64,000 nt of DNA from Trueperaceae bacterium. GTDB lineage: Bacteria; Deinococcota; Deinococci; Deinococcales; Trueperaceae. The DNA is taken from assembly GCA_965213925.1 (NCBI GenBank), contig OZ243927.1, positions 576,001 to 640,000 of the forward strand, written 5' to 3'. The notes beneath the pieces were generated by a model that did no database searches, was not told the DNA's origin, and worked only from the letters and a program-made list of their open reading frames with translations. Of the stretch, positions 58,240 to 64,000 are shown piece by piece. Both the position numbers and the translations under genes were made by a program. How positions within the stretch are numbered: the stretch's first letter is position 1; each line of letters begins with the position of its first letter.

Positions 58240-59952
58240 TCAGGATAGACCGACTATTTCTCCCCTCTCATCAATATCGATGCGTTCAGCGGCGGGCGTT
58301 TTGGATAACCCCGGCATGGTGCGCATGTCGCCACACAGGGGGTAGATAAAACCCGCACCTACTGAAGCGCGAACTTCACGCACGGGCATCGTCCAGAGCG
58401 TCGGTGCGCCCTTCAGGGACGGGTCAGAGGAGATGGAGAGGTGCGTTTTGGCGATGCAGACGGGCAGGTGTCCGAAGCCTTGGCGCTCGTAGGTCTCGAG
58501 TTGCCGCGCCGCTTTAAGGTCGTACTCCACGTTCGCCGCGCCGTAGACTTTCGTCGCCACCGCTTCAATTTTCTCGCGCAAGCTCGCCTCGTCGGGGTAG
58601 AGAAACTTAAAGTCGCTCGGTTCGTTCGCCGCCTCGGCAACGGCTTCGGCGAGTTCTGCCGCGCCTTTGCCGCCGTCAGAAAAGTGGTTGGAGACCGCCA
58701 CTTTTGCGCCCATCGCCTCAGCAACTTCGCGGATGGCGGCGTGTTCGCTCGAGTAATCCGTCGGAAAAGCGTTGACGGCAACAACGGGTGAGACGCCGTG
58801 CACGCGGATATTCTCAATCTGTTTGCGCAGGTTCGCCGCACCTGCATGGACGTCGTCCGGGTTTTCCTCCAGCATCCCTGGCGGTAATGCTCTCCCCGCC
58901 ACGACCTTGTAGCGCCCCGAATGTGCCTTGAGCGCCCGCACGGTTGCCACGAGCACGGCGGCGTCCGGCACTAAACCGGAGGTGCGGCACTTGATATTGA
59001 AAAAGCGCTCCGCGCCCATGTCCGCCCCGAAGCCCGCCTCGGTCACGAGAAAGTCGCCCGAGCGGACGCCGATGAGGTCGGCGACCACCGACGAGTTGCC
59101 GTGTGCGATGTTGCCGAAGGGTCCGGCGTGGACCAAAACAGGCGTGTTCTCCACCGTCTGCATGAGGTTGGGCATGAGGGCGTCTTTCATCATCACGGTC
59201 ATCGCGCCCGCCGCCTTGAGGCTTTCGGCGGTGACGGGCTCGCCGTCCATGCTCTGCCCGACGACGATGCGCCCCATGCGCTCACGCATATCCTTGAGAG
59301 AGGTCGAGAGCGCGAGAATCGCCATGACTTCCGACGCGGCGGTGATGTCGAAGCCCGTCTCGCGGATAACGCCGTCCGCGCGGTTGCCCAGCCCCACGAT
59401 GATGTTGCGCAGGGCGCGGTCGTTCACGTCCAGTACGCGTCGCCACGTAATCGAATGACGGTCGAGGTGGAAAAAGTCGTCGTTTTGGTGGACGTGATTA
59501 TCGATCATCGCAGCGAGCAGGTTGTGGGCGCTCGTCACCGCGTGCATGTCACCCGTGAGGTGCAAATTCAGCCGCTCCATCGGCACGACCTGGCTGTAGC
59601 CGCCCCCCGCCGCGCCCCCTTTGATGCCAAAGGTCGGACCCATCGAAGGCTGACGAATCGCCACGGTTGCGCGTTTGCCGATGTGACTGAAGGCTTGACC
59701 TAGTCCGACGGTCGTGGTGGTTTTGCCCTCGCCGAGAGGGGTTGGCGTAATCGCGGAGACGACGACGTATTTGGCTTTAGGTCGGTCTTTAAGTTTCTCG
59801 GTGGCGTCTAGGTGGATTTTGGCGACGTCCTTGCCGTACAGCTCGAGCCACCCCTCCTCGAGCCCCATCCCCGCCGCAATCTCATGAAGCGGTTTGAGCT
59901 TAGCGTTACGGGCAATCTCTAGGTCGCTCGGAAACTTCGTCGATGTTGTCAT
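58240..59952 (-). CDS. fhs: Formate--tetrahydrofolate ligase
   Basis: TPTPLGEGKTT, GIKGGAAGGG, HAGPFGNIAHG, TEAGFGAD and TMPGL. Confidence 0.97.
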   Translation of the reverse strand: MTTSTKFPSDLEIARNAKLKPLHEIAAGMGLEEGWLELYGKDVAKIHLDATEKLKDRPKAKYVVVSAITPTPLGEGKTTTTVGLGQAFSHIGKRATVAIRQPSMGPTFGIKGGAAGGGYSQVVPMERLNLHLTGDMHAVTSAHNLLAAMIDNHVHQNDDFFHLDRHSITWRRVLDVNDRALRNIIVGLGNRADGVIRETGFDITAASEVMAILALSTSLKDMRERMGRIVVGQSMDGEPVTAESLKAAGAMTVMMKDALMPNLMQTVENTPVLVHAGPFGNIAHGNSSVVADLIGVRSGDFLVTEAGFGADMGAERFFNIKCRTSGLVPDAAVLVATVRALKAHSGRYKVVAGRALPPGMLEENPDDVHAGAANLRKQIENIRVHGVSPVVAVNAFPTDYSSEHAAIREVAEAMGAKVAVSNHFSDGGKGAAELAEAVAEAANEPSDFKFLYPDEASLREKIEAVATKVYGAANVEYDLKAARQLETYERQGFGHLPVCIAKTHLSISSDPSLKGAPTLWTMPVREVRASVGAGFIYPLCGDMRTMPGLSKTPAAERIDIDERGEIVGLS

Positions 59953-60791
59953 GCTTCCCCCAGCCAAGTCTGCCGCCACGCCTCGGTGCGCTCGACGTTG
60001 TTAAAGGTGTAGATGTGAAAACCTGTGATGCCATAAGCGGGATCAGCGAAAGCGCCCTCCAACTCACGCAAGAGGTCGTCCGGTTTATACCCGCTCATCA
60101 GCTTGAAAACCGTGCCCGCGTGCTTGCTGAGGTAGCGCAGCGAGTCGCCCACGCCGATGCGCGACGAAATCTGCATCAGCTTGACCATGTCGATGGCTCC
60201 GGCGACGCCGAGTTGGACAGGCAGGGTGACGCCCAACTGCCTGACCTCTTGCAACCAGGTTTGAATCGTCTTCGCGTCGAAACAGAGCTGCGTTGCCATG
60301 AAGTTGACAAACGCTTGTTTCTCCAAGAGGTCATTTTGCAAAACCTCTTTGGAAATCGAGGGGTGCCCTTCGGGATAAGCGGTGACGCCTAAACGGATGT
60401 CGGTGTCCATCTCGCGGACGGCGCGAATTAGCTCGAGCGAATTTCCGAAGGGTCCCGCTGGCGTTTCGCTGTCGCCGCCGACGACGAAAAGCTCTTGCAC
60501 GCCCATGTTACGAACGCGGTTGAGGATGGACTCTAAAGGTGCATGTCCTTCAACCAACCGCGCCGAGAGGTGCGGCGTAATCTGCGCGGCAGGGATGGTC
60601 TTTGCAAGCTGCTCCGTTAGCTCGAGCGTCGCCTCTATCCCCTTCGTAGGCGACACGGTGATGCTTACGCTCGCCCCCTTTGGAATAGAGGTGAACGTCT
60701 TCTCCACCCCTTTCATCGGGATGAGTTCGTATTTGGGGTGCCGCAAAAGTGCCGCCGCGCCTGCGCGACTCGGTGTGTTTAAGGTGTCCAC
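59949..60791 (-). CDS. metF: Methylenetetrahydrofolate reductase
   Basis: PHLSAR, VVGGD, AYPEGHP, TQLCFD and HIYTFN. Confidence 0.85.
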   Translation of the reverse strand: MDTLNTPSRAGAAALLRHPKYELIPMKGVEKTFTSIPKGASVSITVSPTKGIEATLELTEQLAKTIPAAQITPHLSARLVEGHAPLESILNRVRNMGVQELFVVGGDSETPAGPFGNSLELIRAVREMDTDIRLGVTAYPEGHPSISKEVLQNDLLEKQAFVNFMATQLCFDAKTIQTWLQEVRQLGVTLPVQLGVAGAIDMVKLMQISSRIGVGDSLRYLSKHAGTVFKLMSGYKPDDLLRELEGAFADPAYGITGFHIYTFNNVERTEAWRQTWLGEA

Positions 60792-60810
60792 AGATACCTC
60801 ACGCCTTTAA

Positions 60811-60838
60811 GTAGGGGCGATTCATGGATCGCCCCTAC
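60811..60838. repeat. GTAG-type REP palindrome
   Basis: GTAGGGGCGATTCATGGATCGCCCCTAC, 1 nt different from 36671-36698. Confidence 0.8.
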
Positions 60839-60870
60839 GTTAGCGCTGCTCGACATTGAATTCACTGACC

Positions 60871-62166
60871 CTAGAGCTTCTTGCCCATCGTGCGTAAGCC
60901 CGTACCGGCGTCATAGGGCTTCTTGAAGGGCGTCTCTGCCACCTCTGCCCAGACGGGCTCTTCGGCGTAGCGATCCTCGAGCTTCACCTCGAGCTTCGTC
61001 CCGACTTCCGTTAAGCCCACGGGCAGCATCGCGTAACCGATGTTGCACCCCTGCGTCGGCGAATAGAACCCCGAGGTGATGTAACCGACGACTTCACCGT
61101 CCTGGTAGACGTGATAGAAGTCCGCCGGATACCACTCGATAGGCTCCCCGCCCATGCGCACGCCCGCGAGCTTGTGCGTCACGCCTTCCTCTTTAATCTT
61201 GGCGAGCGCCTCTTTGCCGATAAAGTTCTCTTTCGAGAGGTCCACCTGCCAGTTCAGCCCACACTGGTAGGGGTTCGTCTCCACGTCCATGTCCTGACCC
61301 CAAGAGAGGATGCCCGCTTCGATGCGGCGGATGTGTCCGGGAGCGATCACGCGGAGGTTGAATTCTTCGCCCGCCTCGAGCACGGCGTTCCACATCTTCT
61401 CCGCGTTTAGAGTCGCGTCGTGAAGGTAAATCTCGTAGCCTGCTTCCGCCGAGAAGCCCGAGCGCGAAATCGTCACATCGCAGCCGCCGACTTGGACGTT
61501 TTGCATCAAACCGTAGTACGGCACGTCGTCGATGCCTTCGCCGACGAGCGCTTTCATAAGCGCGGGCGCTTTCGGTCCCTGAATCTGCACGGGGCACACG
61601 TCAATTTCGTTGACCTCAACATCGTAGTCCGTCACGGCGGCGACGCCCTGCAAGTAAATCCCGATGTCCGAATCCGCTAATGAGAACCAGAACTCGTCCT
61701 CGGCGGGGCGCAGCAAGACGGGGTCGTTCAAGATGCCGCCGTACTGGTTGCAGAGGATGACGTAGCGGGCCTTGCCCGGCTGAATCTTGTCCACCGAGCG
61801 CGTGATGACCAAATCCGTAAACTTCGCCGCGTCGGGTCCCTTAACTTGAATCTGCCGCTCCACCGCGACGTTCCACATGGTCACGTCCTCGGTCAGCGAC
61901 TTGTACTCCGTCATCAGACCGCCCTCATCTAAAGGGACGTACGCCCGAGGGTGATACACGCGGTTGTAGACCGTAAAGCACCAGCAGCCCGCCGCTTGCG
62001 AGAGGTGGTGATAGGGCGACTTGCGCACGCGCTGCGAGAGGAGCATCTTCGCGTCGAAGTCGCCGCTGTTGCGCAGATTGACGGGCACGTGGCGCTTGCC
62101 TTTAAGCGCGGTGATTTCGTTCGAGGAGACGGGCGCGGATTCGGTGGTGGTTCTGTCTTTAATCAT
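60871..62166 (-). CDS. GcvT-family THF-dependent demethylase, DmdA-like
   Basis: TVYNR, WNVAVERQIQVKGPDA, GGILNDPVLLR, WFSLADSD, SRSGFSAEAGYEIY and RRIEAGILSWGQD. Confidence 0.8.
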   Translation of the reverse strand: MIKDRTTTESAPVSSNEITALKGKRHVPVNLRNSGDFDAKMLLSQRVRKSPYHHLSQAAGCWCFTVYNRVYHPRAYVPLDEGGLMTEYKSLTEDVTMWNVAVERQIQVKGPDAAKFTDLVITRSVDKIQPGKARYVILCNQYGGILNDPVLLRPAEDEFWFSLADSDIGIYLQGVAAVTDYDVEVNEIDVCPVQIQGPKAPALMKALVGEGIDDVPYYGLMQNVQVGGCDVTISRSGFSAEAGYEIYLHDATLNAEKMWNAVLEAGEEFNLRVIAPGHIRRIEAGILSWGQDMDVETNPYQCGLNWQVDLSKENFIGKEALAKIKEEGVTHKLAGVRMGGEPIEWYPADFYHVYQDGEVVGYITSGFYSPTQGCNIGYAMLPVGLTEVGTKLEVKLEDRYAEEPVWAEVAETPFKKPYDAGTGLRTMGKKL

Positions 62167-62418
62167 GTAACTGACCTCTTAATGAATGGATTGGGTAGGG
62201 AAAGGCGGTTGTGTAGGATTAAACGTGTGGTTTGCTAGCCTCACCTCCCTTAAAGTGCCGTTCACCGCTGAGCCGAAAAAGAGACAAGACGTTGCGTCTC
62301 TGGAAAGGGTTTGTTAGAAGAGTTTGCGAAGCGGTGCTCGACCTCTCGAGACTCGAGCACCAAAGTCCTAAATCAAGAGGTCGAACAAAGAAGACAAAGT
62401 CGGTGACTACCGCGTGCG

Positions 62419-64000
62419 TCACGCCGTCACCGCGACATCGCTTTCTAGGTTGCTTTTTGCCTCTTCCACGCTCTTCGCCCGCATCCGTTTCATCTCGGGG
62501 TCGAAGAGCGGCTCCGCTTGCACGGTGGCTGAGAAGCGTTCGCCGAAGTATTCAATCTGCAAAGAGGTTCCTTCTTTGGCAAGCTGCGGTGGCAACCAAG
62601 CGTAAGCAATACCTCTTCCAACCGTGTAGCCATATGCCGCGCTCGTCACGTAGCCAATCGCTTCATCTCCGCCATAAACGGGCTCACTGCCCATCACAAC
62701 TTTAGAAGCGTCATCCAGCGTGAGACAGGTTAAAACTTGACGCGGACCCTCTTCTTTTCGCTCGAGCAAAGCCTCTTTGCCGATAAAGTCCTCTTTATCC
62801 ATCTTCACGGCGAAGCCTAAACCTGCCTCGAAGGGGTCGTGCTCGGTGTGCATGTCTTTGCCCCACGAGCGGTAGCCTTTCTCGAGCCTCAACCCGTCAA
62901 ACGCCCCGCGTCCACCCGCGATGATGCCGTACGCTTGCCCCGCCTCCCACAAGAGGTTCCAGAGGCGGTAGCCGTACTCGTAAGAGGTGTAGAGTTCGTA
63001 GCCCAACTCGCCAACGTAAGAAAGCCGCAAGGCGCGTACCGGAACCTCACGGATAAAAACCTCTTTCGCCTTGAAAAACCCGTGACCTTCGTGCGAGAAG
63101 TCGCTTTCGGAGAGGGACTGCATCACATCTCTCGCATACGGTCCCCAAATGCCGATACAGCAGAGCTTGGAGGTTGCGTCCTCCACGTGAACTTCGCCCA
63201 TCTGCGCGGCGTGCTCTTGCAAGTGCGTAACGTCCATCCCGCTGTTAATGCCGAGCTGGTAGAGGTTTTTGTCCAGTCGCGCCACCGTCACGTCGCTTTT
63301 AACGCCGCCCGCTTCGTCCAGCACGAGCGTATACGTCACGTTGCCGACGCGCATGTTCATCTTGCCCGTGGTGAGCTTGTTCAGTAACGCTGTTGCGTTT
63401 TTGCCGCTCACCTCGACCTTTTTCAAAGAGGTCATGTCAAAGAGGGCGACGCGCTCCCTGGTCGTTCTATGCTCTGCTCCAACGATGGGCGACCAAAATT
63501 TGGCGGACCAGTTGTCGCGCTTAGGAACGAAGCTTGAATCTAACCTCTTATTCACTTCAAACCACTGCGGACGCTCCCAGCCGGAGGACTCGAGGAAAAA
63601 CGCCCCCAATTCCTTCTGCTGACCATAAAAAGGCGATACCCGAAGCGGTCGCGGCTCCTCCACCGGTTGCAGCGGATGGATGATGTCGTAAACTTCGATA
63701 AAGTTCTGCGAGCCGCGCTGACGGATATAAGAGGGGCTCTTGCCGTGCGCCTCGAAGCGGTCGATGTGGTGTTCGCGCAAACCAATCGGAGACTTACCCG
63801 TCATGATCCACTCCGCCACGCACTCGCCCGCGCCGCCCGCGTGCGTGACCCAGACCGCCTCGGCTGCCCAGAACCCTTTGACCTTGGAAGACTCGCCGAA
63901 GACGCTCATGCCGTCTTGGGTGAAGGAGAAGAGCCCGTTCATGCCCCAATCGATTTCAGCCTGCTCGAGCGGTGGCAAGAGGTCTTTCGCATCATTCCAA
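62419..64000 (-). CDS. Dimethylglycine/sarcosine dehydrogenase-like FAD oxidoreductase with a GcvT domain; 5' end lies outside the window
   Basis: NGLFSFTQDG, AEAVWVTHAGG, GWERPQWF, RLSYVGELGYE and LRLEKGYRSWG. Confidence 0.9.
   Translation of the reverse strand, partial: WNDAKDLLPPLEQAEIDWGMNGLFSFTQDGMSVFGESSKVKGFWAAEAVWVTHAGGAGECVAEWIMTGKSPIGLREHHIDRFEAHGKSPSYIRQRGSQNFIEVYDIIHPLQPVEEPRPLRVSPFYGQQKELGAFFLESSGWERPQWFEVNKRLDSSFVPKRDNWSAKFWSPIVGAEHRTTRERVALFDMTSLKKVEVSGKNATALLNKLTTGKMNMRVGNVTYTLVLDEAGGVKSDVTVARLDKNLYQLGINSGMDVTHLQEHAAQMGEVHVEDATSKLCCIGIWGPYARDVMQSLSESDFSHEGHGFFKAKEVFIREVPVRALRLSYVGELGYELYTSYEYGYRLWNLLWEAGQAYGIIAGGRGAFDGLRLEKGYRSWGKDMHTEHDPFEAGLGFAVKMDKEDFIGKEALLERKEEGPRQVLTCLTLDDASKVVMGSEPVYGGDEAIGYVTSAAYGYTVGRGIAYAWLPPQLAKEGTSLQIEYFGERFSATVQAEPLFDPEMKRMRAKSVEEAKSNLESDVAVTA

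Overview
This is a bacterial chromosomal window of moderately high GC. It is most consistent with a Deinococcota (Trueperaceae-like) organism, inferred from protein style and pervasive leaderless -10/ATG promoters; this was not verified by search. From left to right it contains: the 3' end of a pilus-associated PilX/HpsA-like gene; a PASTA protein; a class III PHA cluster (two phasin-like ORFs, phaE with a C-terminal helix-hairpin-helix extension, phaC); a low-GC orphan; a sugar transferase/formyltransferase/deacetylase trio; an iodotyrosine-deiodinase-type nitroreductase; a cobamide nucleotide-loop operon; a Crp/Fnr regulator; assorted housekeeping genes; frameshifted nfeD and secreted-protein genes; a form I aerobic CO dehydrogenase cluster (coxMSL plus accessory genes, with a vapBC-type module between coxI and mocA); otsAB; an ABC system; a GGDEF protein; prs-rplY-pth; tRNA-Leu(CAG); copA; and a THF-linked methylated-osmolyte catabolic operon (dimethylglycine dehydrogenase-like, DmdA-like, metF, fhs, BCCT). 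The non-coding DNA is rich in structure: two copies of a TA-flanked MITE-like element with swapped internal hairpins, two copies of an ~80-nt nested-hairpin element flanking prs (one abutting the tRNA), a third MITE-like element, GTAG-type REPs, a candidate sRNA with a C6 loop, and apparent over-representation of CTCGAG. No CRISPR array, rRNA, transposase or integrase was seen. All product calls come from motif recognition by eye; no database searches were run.
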